A stretch of DNA of 64,000 nucleotides, from IMG/VR virus record IMGVR_UViG_3300031994_000025, positions 1-64,000 of that record. One strand, written 5' to 3'. Numbering within the stretch: position 1 is the first letter of the stretch; every line of letters begins with the position of its first letter. Source of the DNA: a virus (taxonomy: Duplodnaviria > Caudoviricetes). The translations under genes were made by a program, and so were the position numbers. The notes under the pieces were generated by a model, which worked only from the letters and a program-made list of their open reading frames with translations, was not told the DNA's origin and ran no database searches. Positions 9,654-19,471 of the stretch are shown one piece after another.

Positions 9654-10112
9654 TCAGTCCTCCTTACTTATGATTTCTCTTACATCTTCCTGGTCGAAGC
9701 GGAAGTCCATGCAATAGCGCTGCAGGCAGCAGCAGACTTTCTCCACGCCAACAGACTCGTAGTATTCTGCGACATGATAGAGGTCTGGGATGGTAAGGGG
9801 GTCGAACTGTTCCTTGTGCTCCTTGATGCGGTGGATGGCATTGTAGCGATGCAGCCCGATTTCACCCATTGTCAGGCCGTAGTCCAGCCAACCTTTTTTC
9901 TGGCTTTCCTCTTCGATGCCGGGAGGCAGGGGCTGTTCCTGCTGCATACTTTCGACAAAGTGTAAAACTTTGTTGAGCCCGTGAAAATAGTAGTGCAGGT
10001 GCTGCTTTTCGTCCTCGGTAAACGTGAGAGGCCATTCGTGTCTTAACCGTTCTATGTAGGCCTTGATTTTATCTGCGTCAATGTACTTCATTCTCTTTTC
10101 TTCTGTTTTCAT
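9654..10112 (-). CDS. hypothetical phage protein
   Basis: YIDADKI N-terminal motif common in phage accessory proteins. Confidence 0.7.
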   Translation of the reverse strand: MKTEEKRMKYIDADKIKAYIERLRHEWPLTFTEDEKQHLHYYFHGLNKVLHFVESMQQEQPLPPGIEEESQKKGWLDYGLTMGEIGLHRYNAIHRIKEHKEQFDPLTIPDLYHVAEYYESVGVEKVCCCLQRYCMDFRFDQEDVREIISKED

Positions 10113-10119
10113 ATCGCTC

Positions 10120-10296
10120 TTATTCTAATGCTTTTAATAATTTCTCTGCGCTCTCCCTGTCACCGAAGCCTTTGACGTCAACCCACTTGTCGGTGAAGAA
10201 TCCCTCCTGCAGCACCTGTACGAAGTAGCCGTCGTAGGGGATGCAGCCACCGCCGGGGTAGCAAGGGTATCGGTGTTCAATCCTGTATCGGGGCAT
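10120..10296 (-). CDS. small hypothetical protein (58 aa)
   Basis: MPRYRIEHRY...KALE*, fills the gap between neighbours; below the ORF-track cutoff. Confidence 0.6.
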   Translation of the reverse strand: MPRYRIEHRYPCYPGGGCIPYDGYFVQVLQEGFFTDKWVDVKGFGDRESAEKLLKALE

Positions 10297-10299
10297 AGC

Positions 10300-10725
10300 T
10301 CAGTCCACTCCTTTATTCCAAAGTCTGTCCCACCAGTTGCGCTTCATCAGGCGGTCGATGCGCCCGAGCGAACTGTCAAGATGCTCCTGGCTACGCTTCA
10401 ACTGCTCTTTCAGTTCTGAGATTTCCTGCCGCTCCTGGCTCTGGATGCGGTTGGCCATGTCCTTATAGAACTGGCTCTTGGCCTCCTGCTCAATATCGTC
10501 GAAATTCAGGAACTCGTACTCCTCAGTGCATGAGTCCAATGCGTGTTAGTTGAACGCCTTCCACGGGTTGCGCGTTATCGTCACCGTCTTCTTGATAACC
10601 CTCAGACGACCATCCTCTGCTTTTTCTTCGATGGCCTCCGAAAGGTTCCTGTTCTCACTCTCCAATTGTTTTACTCTGTCTCTGAGCGCATCATAATCAC
10701 TCAGTTCAATGTTTAATATTGGCAT
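10300..10725 (-). pseudogene. coiled-coil gene interrupted by an in-frame TAA at 10546-10548
   Basis: MPILNIELSD...KAFN* continues in the same frame as HALDSCTEEY... Confidence 0.6.
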
Positions 10726-10728
10726 AGT

Positions 10729-11349
10729 TCAGTCCTCCTTATTTTTACTCTTTTCTATCATCCCGTCCACGATGTCACGGATGGTCTGCGGTATCTGCTC
10801 TATTTCCTGCCGCATGCCGTCGAAGCCGTCGGCGGCATAGCCTATGCGGTAGATGCCGTAAAGCAAGGCGAGCTTCATGGGCAGCGGCTCGTTGAAGAAG
10901 CTGTTCAGCCACATGGCGGCACTGTACTTCAGGCAGTCGTTTTCGTGCTGATAGAGCTGGTGATCGGCGGCACCCTTGTTGTCGCGGTCAAACTCCTGCT
11001 CCACGGTCTCTCGGTAGTTCACCCAGTACTTGCGGAACAGCTCGTCGACTGTCAGCCCGCTGCGGTTGGCTATGCGGCCTTCCACTTCGCGCAGGAACTC
11101 GTCGGCGTGGGTGGAACCGAAGTTAACGATTTTCTCCCAGCTCATAATGATTCGCGCCAGCTGCTCCAGATCGCTGGCCGACGTGGACCGGACCCGTTTG
11201 TAATGGAACCGCTTGCCGCCGAACACCTTGCCACCGACCTTCATCAGAAACTGTACATCGACGTAGCGGACGGTGCAGTCCTTCAGACTCAGCTCGCCCA
11301 CCTTTATAGCTCGCTTGCGGTTCTTGCGGTCTCGTTGTTTCTTTGTCAT
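10729..11349 (-). CDS. hypothetical protein
   Basis: 206-aa ORF. Confidence 0.75.
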   Translation of the reverse strand: MTKKQRDRKNRKRAIKVGELSLKDCTVRYVDVQFLMKVGGKVFGGKRFHYKRVRSTSASDLEQLARIIMSWEKIVNFGSTHADEFLREVEGRIANRSGLTVDELFRKYWVNYRETVEQEFDRDNKGAADHQLYQHENDCLKYSAAMWLNSFFNEPLPMKLALLYGIYRIGYAADGFDGMRQEIEQIPQTIRDIVDGMIEKSKNKED

Positions 11350-12005
11350 ATTGGTCTTTGCATAATTAGTTCAAACTCGTAGGCCACGACCCAGGGATTG
11401 CTCTTCCATGTGCCGCGCCCGCTGATGCGGTCGATGAGGGCGGCGAAGGCTTCGCGTGGGGTGTCGAAGCAGACGTTGCTCTTACCGCCGCGCTCCATGA
11501 TGCCGCTCACGATGTAGCAGTCCATCCACTTCTCCACTCCCTCCTTCAGACAGTCCTCGTCGCTGATGTCCTGCAGCCGCTCGAACCACAGGTCTGTGAT
11601 GCGGATGCGGTGGGGCATGAGGTCGGCGCGGACGAACATCTTATTACGGTAGCCCGGTGATTTCAGCATTTCCTGATGGCGCTTGTGCCCGTCTTTTCTC
11701 GGCTGCCCGTCGCCGTCGTAGGCGTTGAAGGTCAGCACGTCGTCGTTTCCGTACCGCTGCGCCACGGCCACCATGTCGCCCACCTCGAAGGGCAGGGGCA
11801 GTTGGCCGAGCTCATGTCCGTCTGCATCGCACACCACGCAGTCGTACCAGATGTCGCTGCCCAGTCGCTTGTGGAACTCCAGGCACGTGTCCTCGCAGCC
11901 CTTGAAGCGGCGCGGCCCCTTCACGATGTGTCGCGTTATCGTCTTGCGTCCGGAGATCACGGCCTCGGTCAGTCCGTAGCGGTCATTGAACATTATCTTC
12001 TTCAT
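11346..12005 (-). CDS. ASCH/PUA-like phage protein
   Basis: IMFN...AVISGRKTITR start; ERLQDISDEDCLKEG; NPWVVAYEF end. Confidence 0.75.
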   Translation of the reverse strand: MKKIMFNDRYGLTEAVISGRKTITRHIVKGPRRFKGCEDTCLEFHKRLGSDIWYDCVVCDADGHELGQLPLPFEVGDMVAVAQRYGNDDVLTFNAYDGDGQPRKDGHKRHQEMLKSPGYRNKMFVRADLMPHRIRITDLWFERLQDISDEDCLKEGVEKWMDCYIVSGIMERGGKSNVCFDTPREAFAALIDRISGRGTWKSNPWVVAYEFELIMQRPI

Positions 12006-12018
12006 CGCTCAGTCCTCC

Positions 12019-12249
12019 TTATTCTTCTATTGTCACTTCGTAGGTCTTGATATTCACACCGTTCTTAACTTCGGCGCTGACTTGCGTCACGTCAACGTAG
12101 ACAGGATGAACGCATTCGAGCGGGTGAACTGGCTCGTCGGGGGACATGGGTGTCACAACCCGTCCGATGGTGGCGTCGCCGTGTTCACGAAGTGCCTGTC
12201 CGATACGACCGTACAGGTCGCTGAGCATCATTAGATGTTTTCTTGCCAT
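12019..12249 (-). CDS. hypothetical protein
   Basis: Likely start MARKHL directly after the upstream stop. Confidence 0.6.
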   Translation of the reverse strand: MARKHLMMLSDLYGRIGQALREHGDATIGRVVTPMSPDEPVHPLECVHPVYVDVTQVSAEVKNGVNIKTYEVTIEE

Positions 12250-12251
12250 AT

Positions 12252-12629
12252 TCATTCCTCCCATAGCTTTGTTCCGTCGAGCGTGGTGCGTCGGCCCAGC
12301 ACTTCGACGATGTATTTCTTGCCTTTCTCCGCTCCCCATTCCTCACGGCCCTCGCGGTACTCGATGGCTTTCAACTCGAAGGTCATGCGGCGCGACTCAT
12401 CGTCCTTCTTCGGGTAGCCGAGGGAGAACTGGACGTGGGTGTAACCAAACTTATTTATATCACTGTAGCCATTGCGATATGAAAACAAAAGTTTTTCATA
12501 TCCTACAAACCGCTTGCACCAAAATGGTGTTTCCTCTCGGTACTCCTCCGTCTTGATGCCAACCTCTATCATTCTGTACCACTTAGCCTTCAGTGGCTGG
12601 TGCAGTATCTTGATTGGTTTCTGTTCCAT
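12252..12629 (-). CDS. ASCH domain protein
   Basis: L..KWYRMIEVGIKTEEYRE (GxKxxExR) motif. Confidence 0.8.
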   Translation of the reverse strand: MEQKPIKILHQPLKAKWYRMIEVGIKTEEYREETPFWCKRFVGYEKLLFSYRNGYSDINKFGYTHVQFSLGYPKKDDESRRMTFELKAIEYREGREEWGAEKGKKYIVEVLGRRTTLDGTKLWEE

Positions 12630-12685
12630 AGGTTCTATTTGTTTGATTCCGTTTCCTTGTTCAGTGCCATAAGCCAGATCTGTTT

Positions 12686-14305
12686 TTACACCGCCTCGGC
12701 GCGGACTCTCTGCAAGCGGTGGGAGAGGGCTTCGCAGAGTACGCGGCTCATATTGACCTCGACGGCGTTACCGATGAACTTCTTCTGTTCTGCCTGCGTG
12801 CCGATGAGGATATAGTCTTCGGGGAAGCCCATGATGCGCTTCAGTTCGATAATCTTCAGCATGCGCATCTTGATGTCGATGATGCCGTAGACCGCCATGA
12901 ACTCCTTAATTTTGCGCATCATCGGCGTGTCGTCGTCGAAGATCTTGATGCCCACGCCCTGCTCGGTGCTGACCAGGTAGGGTGGCATCTTGTCCATGCG
13001 GGCGATGAGCGTGAAGCAGGGGTTGTCGATGCTGCCGCCGTCGCTCTTGAACGAATAGGGGTTCATCAGGTACTGGGCCGACACAAGCTTCTGCTTGGGC
13101 GTGGTGAGCACAGCCGGATTCGGCTGATTGATATCCGAGAGTTGACCGCCGCCACTATACTCGTTGGCGATGAACTGGCAGTTGACAATGCCTATTCTGT
13201 CCTTCGTCGTGACCGTCGGGGCGGGTTCGTCCACGCTCGAATTGAAGCCATTACCATAGTACGCTGTGATGAAGGCATGATGATCCACGGTGGTCACGGT
13301 GCCTGCGGGCTGGTCGATGCCCACGTTCTTCGACATGGGGTCGCCGCTGAACTGCTTGGAGAGGAACTGGGCCTTGACCACGCCGATGGCATTGCGGCAT
13401 GGAAGGGTGGGGCAGGGCTCGTCAACCGACGGCGCACGATAAAACCCGTCCTTCATCGAGTTCCACTTCACCAGGAAGTTCTCCTTACCTCCCGCCACGA
13501 ACTTCACCAGTCCTGCATAGATGCGTTCCAGTGTCTTCTCGCAGAGCGGCTTCTTCTTGGTGAAGATGCTGCCGCCCTCGTCTCCGAGGTCGAGCACTTC
13601 GCGCACGGGGCGCCATGGCTGGTACTGGTTAGGGAAGAGGTTGCCGACGACCTGTGACTGGAAGGCAATGTCGGCCTTGGCGTGCGTCTGCTGCGGGAAG
13701 GCGATGGGCAGTCCCTTGCGGGCGAACTGTCCGAAGAACCGCTTGCGCGAGGTGTAGGCTCCGAAGTCAGCAGCGTTCAGCAGGTGCCAGTCGTAGTCGT
13801 AGCCGTACTGACAGACGTTCCTTACCCAGCGCATGTACGACGATCCCTTGTGCTTGGATATGGGATGGCCGTTCTCGTCGAGTTCACCCCAGCACATGAA
13901 CTCCTCCACATTCTCAATCTGGATGTAGTCTGGACGCAGGGACTCGATGTAGCGGAACAGGTGCTCTGCCAGCGTTCGGCTGTCGGCATCACGGGGCTGA
14001 CCTCCCTTGGCGCGGCTGAAGTTCGTACATTCCAGACTGGCCCAGAGTACGATGTAGTCATCCGGGTACTCTGTGCGTGTACGGTTCACCAGTTCCACCA
14101 TTGGTGTCAGGTCCAGCGTGCGGATGTCCTCGGTGAAGTGGAGCGCGTCGGGGTGGTTGGCCTTGTGCGAGAGGATAGCATTCCTGTCGTGGTTGACGCA
14201 GGCAATCACCTTGGCGCACTTCTCGTCGTTCACCCGTGCATACTCCACGCCACTGGTCGTACCGCCAGCGCCGCAGAAGAGGTCGATGTATCGCAGGTTT
14301 ATCAT
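12686..14305 (-). CDS. DNA (cytosine-5) methyltransferase
   Basis: DLFCGAGG, SLEC (catalytic variant), ENV, R.RFF, GNAV; repeated PxxTxTT segments in the TRD region. Confidence 0.92.
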   Translation of the reverse strand: MINLRYIDLFCGAGGTTSGVEYARVNDEKCAKVIACVNHDRNAILSHKANHPDALHFTEDIRTLDLTPMVELVNRTRTEYPDDYIVLWASLECTNFSRAKGGQPRDADSRTLAEHLFRYIESLRPDYIQIENVEEFMCWGELDENGHPISKHKGSSYMRWVRNVCQYGYDYDWHLLNAADFGAYTSRKRFFGQFARKGLPIAFPQQTHAKADIAFQSQVVGNLFPNQYQPWRPVREVLDLGDEGGSIFTKKKPLCEKTLERIYAGLVKFVAGGKENFLVKWNSMKDGFYRAPSVDEPCPTLPCRNAIGVVKAQFLSKQFSGDPMSKNVGIDQPAGTVTTVDHHAFITAYYGNGFNSSVDEPAPTVTTKDRIGIVNCQFIANEYSGGGQLSDINQPNPAVLTTPKQKLVSAQYLMNPYSFKSDGGSIDNPCFTLIARMDKMPPYLVSTEQGVGIKIFDDDTPMMRKIKEFMAVYGIIDIKMRMLKIIELKRIMGFPEDYILIGTQAEQKKFIGNAVEVNMSRVLCEALSHRLQRVRAEAV

Positions 14306-14316
14306 AGGTTATATTT

Positions 14317-15108
14317 TTAAAGTCCGTTCACGATGGGATTATCCAGCAGTTGCATCTCCTTCGGGAAGCGACGCTCGAAGTTCCTATAGAGTTGGCAACC
14401 CTTGCATGGGCGGCTCGCCTGCATCTTGCGGAAGGCTTCCGTCACGCCGTCGCTGACGTGGGCGACCTTCTGACACAGCCACGACTCCGACATGTGGATG
14501 CCTCCGTCGGGGTCGATGAGCGGACGGCAGAACTTGCCGGCCTGTGCCGTCATCGAGAGGAAGTGCTGCATGGAGCGGGCCTGCACGGCTATCAGGTGAC
14601 TGTTGATGCAGGATGGTACATGGTCGCTCTCGCGCACCTCGTCCTGACAGTTCTTTCGGGCACGGCCCAGATCCTGCATAAAGATGGGCGACCCGAAGTC
14701 CGGCCCGCAGCCGATGCTACGGAACTGCTGCTCATGGGCAACCGTCCATTCGTGATCCTGGTAATACTTGGGGTGCGAGTACACCTGCACCTTCAGCCGG
14801 CCTCGCGACTCGCGGATAAGGCGGGACATCTTCAGCCGCTCCTTCTGGTCCTCTATCCATGCGCCGTTGGTGAGGACGGTGACGATAGACTTCTGCGACA
14901 GGCGCAGCAGTTCCTTCACCATCTCCGCCCAGAGCGGATGCTCAGTGGGCTCGCCGCCCGACACGTTGACAATCCAGGGACCGGCCTCGCGGCAGAAGTC
15001 GAGCACCTGTCCGAAGGTCTCTTCGCTCATGTGCCTGCCCTGCGGGTCAGAGTCCTGCAGGCAATGCGGGCACATCATGTGGCATCGGTTTGTAATCTGT
15101 ATCAGCAT
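14317..15108 (-). CDS. radical SAM protein
   Basis: CHMMCPHC (CxxxCxxC), SGGEP, TNG; C-terminal Cys residues. Confidence 0.9.
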   Translation of the reverse strand: MLIQITNRCHMMCPHCLQDSDPQGRHMSEETFGQVLDFCREAGPWIVNVSGGEPTEHPLWAEMVKELLRLSQKSIVTVLTNGAWIEDQKERLKMSRLIRESRGRLKVQVYSHPKYYQDHEWTVAHEQQFRSIGCGPDFGSPIFMQDLGRARKNCQDEVRESDHVPSCINSHLIAVQARSMQHFLSMTAQAGKFCRPLIDPDGGIHMSESWLCQKVAHVSDGVTEAFRKMQASRPCKGCQLYRNFERRFPKEMQLLDNPIVNGL

Positions 15109-15147
15109 AGATTCGTTTCTATTACCTTATATTATATATACACAAAC

Positions 15148-15321
15148 AGGCACCGCACTTAGAGTTGTCAGGTTCAGTGTGCTGAGACCCGGAGGCATTG
15201 CTGCTACTCCACTCGTCGGTGCGGTGCGCTGTTGAACGTATTTCTAAATTTATGGCACTAAAAAAGGCCGCTGTGAAAGGCGGCATCTGATCCGCACACT
15301 TGATTTGACGGTGCAAAGATA
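15148..15321 (-). ncRNA. c4-like antisense cassette (promoter, target, terminator, antisense RNA) upstream of the radical SAM gene
   Basis: TATCTTTG promoter 15314-15321; target 15294-15309 is largely complementary to 15167-15182; enclosing stem 15150-15160/15218-15227. Confidence 0.6.
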
Positions 15322-15427
15322 CAAATAAATCCGTAAAAGTCGAACAATTTTAGGACTTTTTTCTAAAAATTATTATATCAAGTCCTAAAATTATTGTGCT
15401 TCGCTCTGCTCTGCACCCACAAAAAAC

Positions 15428-15463
15428 AAAGCACGGTGGCGCATCTCTGCGGCCCGTGCTTTC
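15428..15463 (-). terminator. intrinsic terminator after portal
   Basis: AAAGCACGG...CCGTGCTTT stem followed by a T-rich run on the minus strand. Confidence 0.55.
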
Positions 15464-15506
15464 GTAAAAATCAAACTAAACGAATCTGTCAACGAAGTTA
15501 AAATGG

Positions 15507-17345
15507 TCACGCCCCCTGCCCTGCCACCGTTTCGACCATACCCGTCGGGTTGCGGTCCAAGGTCGTGAAACTCATCTGACGTATGGCTGGCTCCAGATGC
15601 GAGTCGAACCTGTTGAACGCGAAGACATCCATCAGGAAGCGGAGGTACATGCGCTGCCGCACGTTGAGCAGCTGCTGCTTCATCAGGCGTATCTCGCGCA
15701 ATGCTGTTCCGCCGTTAGAGGCGCTGACCATCGGCACACCGATGTCGCGGGGGTCAACACCGAAGGCGAGGAACATGGGCGAGGTGGAGAGTTCCAGCTC
15801 CTCCTTGCCAGCCTTCACAGCGTCGTTGGTGGCTTCTTTGATATCGACCACCTCCACGTTGTGATGCTCCTTGCCGTCTGGACCAATCCACATGAATTGG
15901 CGCATGGTCTTGCCCATATTCTCGCGCCGCTGCAGGAAGTCCTCTACATTCTGGTCCAGTTGGTCGATAAATTCCTGCTGTTTATCCTTGTCGCCAGCGA
16001 TGCCTTCATCAGCAAAGCACATCTGCAAGTAATCAAGACTGATGTACAGCACTCTCGACCAGGTGGTGTTGTTCTCGCGCTGCTTCGCCTTGTCGTAGAG
16101 AATGGTGCTGGAGAAGTCATAAGCCTTGGATGTAAAGATACTCCACCAGTCGGGCTGCTGATAGTAGTTCTTGTTGCCGTAATACACGGGACAGACGGCC
16201 CACGTCGGACGGGCATTGATGCGTGTGCGCTGATTCGACGAGACGAGGTAGCGCATGTCGCCGACGCGGGCGGTGGCCTCGCAGACGGGGTACATCGTCA
16301 CCTTGTCGTCGTTGGTCCCGATGGTGTGGTGCTCGCCGATACCCTTCGCTCTGAAGCGTTCACCGAAATAAACGTGTTGATGGTGTCTATATTCCGACAT
16401 CGCCTCATAGCGCACGCCATCTATGATTCTCAGTTGGCCTATCTTTACGATGCGTGGGTCCCAGCGGCCACGGCGGCCGCGCTCAAAGCCGACGGTGGGG
16501 AAGAAGAGGTCGTAGTACATGAAGTCGAGCATGCACTGCGAGAGGTGCAGGTCGAGGTTGTTCTCCTCCAGGAACTGCTTCACGCCAGGCACGTGGCGCT
16601 CCATGCCGCCGTCGTCGGTCTCGTCGTAGCCCTCCCACGTGCGTTCCCACTCATAGTAGGCCTGCTCCCAGTAGTCGGGGCCGATGCCCTGCAGCCGCTT
16701 CTTCGGACGGTTCTCGGGGGCTATCTCGGTGATGGGCTTCAGCGGATCCTCACCGGGGGCGGCAGCGGGGTCGATGGCCATGTCGCCGCCGTACTCGTCC
16801 TGCTGCTCTCCCTTGCGGGTCTGCTCGTAGCGCAGCCGCAGGTTGAAACCTGCGTGCTGGAATTCGCAGTAGGTGTCGTCCTCGAAGTGGTACATCAGCC
16901 TTACGCCCAGTCCCGTGGCCAGGTCGGCCAGGTAGCGCAGCGGTGCGGCGGTGTAGGGGCTTGCCTTCGCCAGCGAGTAGATAACACCGGGCAGATTGTC
17001 CTTCGGTCCCCACTTGATGTAGCCGCGTCCGAGCGGCTTGCCGTCGGGTCCGCTGACGGGTGTCGGCTGGGAGTCGGTGCTGTCGAAGCTCCATGCCACC
17101 TGCGACAGCGGGCCGTTGCTCAGCGTGCCGCAGCTCATGCCGGAGGCCATCGACTGTGCCTCACCCTTCGACGGATCGCGGTCGCCAAGTGAGAGCGAGC
17201 GCACCAGTCCTGGCTTCAGGGCGTCGAGTGCCACGAACCCGCGCTCCCGCATCGAACGGTCGAGCTTCTGATATTCTGAAAAGGTTTTCGGGCGGTGGAT
17301 AATGCTGCCCGAACTCATGCCTTTGTTGTCCTTGTGCTTAGCCAT
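15507..17345 (-). CDS. phage portal protein
   Basis: WG..DNLP, YYQQPDWWS and AFGVDPRDIG motifs of Bacteroidetes phage portals; adjacent to terminase. Confidence 0.8.
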   Translation of the reverse strand: MAKHKDNKGMSSGSIIHRPKTFSEYQKLDRSMRERGFVALDALKPGLVRSLSLGDRDPSKGEAQSMASGMSCGTLSNGPLSQVAWSFDSTDSQPTPVSGPDGKPLGRGYIKWGPKDNLPGVIYSLAKASPYTAAPLRYLADLATGLGVRLMYHFEDDTYCEFQHAGFNLRLRYEQTRKGEQQDEYGGDMAIDPAAAPGEDPLKPITEIAPENRPKKRLQGIGPDYWEQAYYEWERTWEGYDETDDGGMERHVPGVKQFLEENNLDLHLSQCMLDFMYYDLFFPTVGFERGRRGRWDPRIVKIGQLRIIDGVRYEAMSEYRHHQHVYFGERFRAKGIGEHHTIGTNDDKVTMYPVCEATARVGDMRYLVSSNQRTRINARPTWAVCPVYYGNKNYYQQPDWWSIFTSKAYDFSSTILYDKAKQRENNTTWSRVLYISLDYLQMCFADEGIAGDKDKQQEFIDQLDQNVEDFLQRRENMGKTMRQFMWIGPDGKEHHNVEVVDIKEATNDAVKAGKEELELSTSPMFLAFGVDPRDIGVPMVSASNGGTALREIRLMKQQLLNVRQRMYLRFLMDVFAFNRFDSHLEPAIRQMSFTTLDRNPTGMVETVAGQGA

Positions 17346-17396
17346 ATTTCTGTGTCGGATTTTTGAGAGGAAGATAGGGGCGAAAGGGCTGGAAAT

Positions 17397-17520
17397 CAAG
17401 GGCAGTGCGAGCCGAGAGCAGAGATGCAAGCCGCGCTTGCAATCTATGCCGAAAGGCTACGGGTAGGCGACGGAACGTCGGGAATGGCGAAGCCTGCACT
17501 CGGCGAAGCCAAGGGCAGGA
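17397..17520 (+). repeat. composite Prevotella-type palindromic repeat (REP/MITE-like)
   Basis: CAAGGGCAG-bounded unit; related copies at 27268-27430 and 34150-34273 (inverted). Confidence 0.8.
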
Positions 17521-17536
17521 GAAGTGCCGCCATACC

Positions 17537-19471
17537 CTACCTCGGTATCACCAAGATGTTTGAGAACCGTCCCCTGAGTGCGCCGCCAATCTTTGTCTCC
17601 GCCCCCTCCCTGATGCCAATCACCAAATCGTCGAAGGCATCGGAAATGTCGCTACGACTGGCCCTTGGCCCCGCAACACCCTCTTCGCTCTGGTACTTCT
17701 CTAAGTGCTTGTCCTTCTTGAAACTGCCGGGCAGCACGGCTGTCGTTTCCAGACTTTCCATGAGATTATCGCACCGACCTTCACGGTTGATGAAAATGCT
17801 GGGCGTGGCGGTGAACGACAGCATATCGTTAATCAGCTGGTACTTGCGTTCGTGCCGCCATACGGGGAACTCGGCAGCCGTGACAGTCCAGCCGTACTGC
17901 TCCAGCTCGCGGATGACCACGCGGTCGAAACGGGAGTCCTCGCTGCCCTCCACAGCGTATGCGGTTGCGCCGCCCTGCTTTACGGTCGGCGTGTAGTAGA
18001 AGATGACTTGTGCGCCGCCGGTCTTGCCGTGGTTGCGACGCAGGTAGGGGCGGTAGTATTGCGTGAACTGCTTGACCAATCCCATCAGTCGGACGGGTGC
18101 CTGTACCCAGAACTCCTTCAGTATCATTATCGACGGCTTGCCCTGATACATACGGGTCTGAGCCACGATGAGGAAATTGGTGGTAGTGCCGGCGTCGATG
18201 GCTATGCGCAGCGGCTCTGAGTAGTCGAGGTCGAGGTCGAGCGAGCAGTCTTCTCCGGCCAGCTGCATCTCGTCGAGGTCGAGCGTCTCGGTCTCGTAGT
18301 CGGTGGGCCAGTTCTGTCCGTCGAGTGTGCGGCCCTTTACCTTATGCAGAAAACGGTCTTTCACCAGCGTCTCGCAGTCGGCACTGATGTAGGTATTGGT
18401 CTCTTCCGAATAGTTGCAGTAGAAGCCGTCTTTCAGCGCGGTCTCCATGATGCCCAGTATCTGCACGTTGAACATACGCTCGGTAAGGCTGCGCTGCATG
18501 TCGCGGACCCACGACTGGCCCCCCAGCATAGCGGCATTCTCAATGCTGCTCCAGTTCCAGAAGGTCTCTGATTCGTGACGCAGGCGGTGGAGCTTCTTCA
18601 GGAACATCTCGTTCTTTGCCAGTTCCACGGCCATGCGGGGATTGGTCTTTTCAAGATATTTCAGTTCGGCCAGCATGTCGGCTATCTGCTCGTTCACGCA
18701 GCGCACCTCGTCCTCGTGCTGCCGCTGCTCCTCCTTCTCCCATTCCCGTTGGCGGTTGGTCAGGCCCGCGTCGCTACAAAAGAGGCGGCTCTTATAGTAA
18801 GGGTTCATCATCGGGTCGGTGCCGTAGCCCCACATCTTCTTCTCCACCTTGCGGGCGGCAGCCGGTATGAACTCGCCGCGCAGGGTGGGTATCACCTCTT
18901 CCTTGACGCGCCCCCATGGCTGATACTTCGTCTCGTCGTCGAGCAGAAACGACAGGTTCAGGCCGTTGGCACTGCCCGGGACGGCCATGCTCAGGAGCTG
19001 AACGGCAGCGCCATTCTGAAATGATACTACGTTTTCCCAGTTCCTCGGCTCGGCAAACGGAGTGTCCCAGTGCAGTCGTGCCGGCGGTCGCCCGAAAAAC
19101 CAGAACACCTCCTTCTGATATCCCAGTCCGTTGACCACCTTCATCACGTTGGGCATCGTGCGGGTATATACCTGCTTGGCACTGGCACCTACAAAACCGC
19201 CGAGGTGGCGGCGCAGGCCAAGCACGCACTTCATCAGGTGCAGGCCGATGAACGACGACTTACCGAAGCCACGGGCGGCACGTATATAGGTGATACGGCT
19301 CTGCCAGTTATACATCTCCAGCTGTGCCCGGTGCAGGTAAATCTTATGCACACCGTCGCCCATCAGGTCTATCTCGCCGCCGCGCTGGGGTACAGGTTCC
19401 TTCACGTCGGGCAGCATCCTCGACTCAAACTGGTCGCTGCTTTTGTTGGGGTCAGTGCCTAATCTACTCAT
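17537..19471 (-). CDS. terL: terminase large subunit
   Basis: Walker A ARGFGKS, Walker B LLDDE, RNase H-like IAIDAG and SDAFD. Confidence 0.88.
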   Translation of the reverse strand: MSRLGTDPNKSSDQFESRMLPDVKEPVPQRGGEIDLMGDGVHKIYLHRAQLEMYNWQSRITYIRAARGFGKSSFIGLHLMKCVLGLRRHLGGFVGASAKQVYTRTMPNVMKVVNGLGYQKEVFWFFGRPPARLHWDTPFAEPRNWENVVSFQNGAAVQLLSMAVPGSANGLNLSFLLDDETKYQPWGRVKEEVIPTLRGEFIPAAARKVEKKMWGYGTDPMMNPYYKSRLFCSDAGLTNRQREWEKEEQRQHEDEVRCVNEQIADMLAELKYLEKTNPRMAVELAKNEMFLKKLHRLRHESETFWNWSSIENAAMLGGQSWVRDMQRSLTERMFNVQILGIMETALKDGFYCNYSEETNTYISADCETLVKDRFLHKVKGRTLDGQNWPTDYETETLDLDEMQLAGEDCSLDLDLDYSEPLRIAIDAGTTTNFLIVAQTRMYQGKPSIMILKEFWVQAPVRLMGLVKQFTQYYRPYLRRNHGKTGGAQVIFYYTPTVKQGGATAYAVEGSEDSRFDRVVIRELEQYGWTVTAAEFPVWRHERKYQLINDMLSFTATPSIFINREGRCDNLMESLETTAVLPGSFKKDKHLEKYQSEEGVAGPRASRSDISDAFDDLVIGIREGAETKIGGALRGRFSNILVIPR

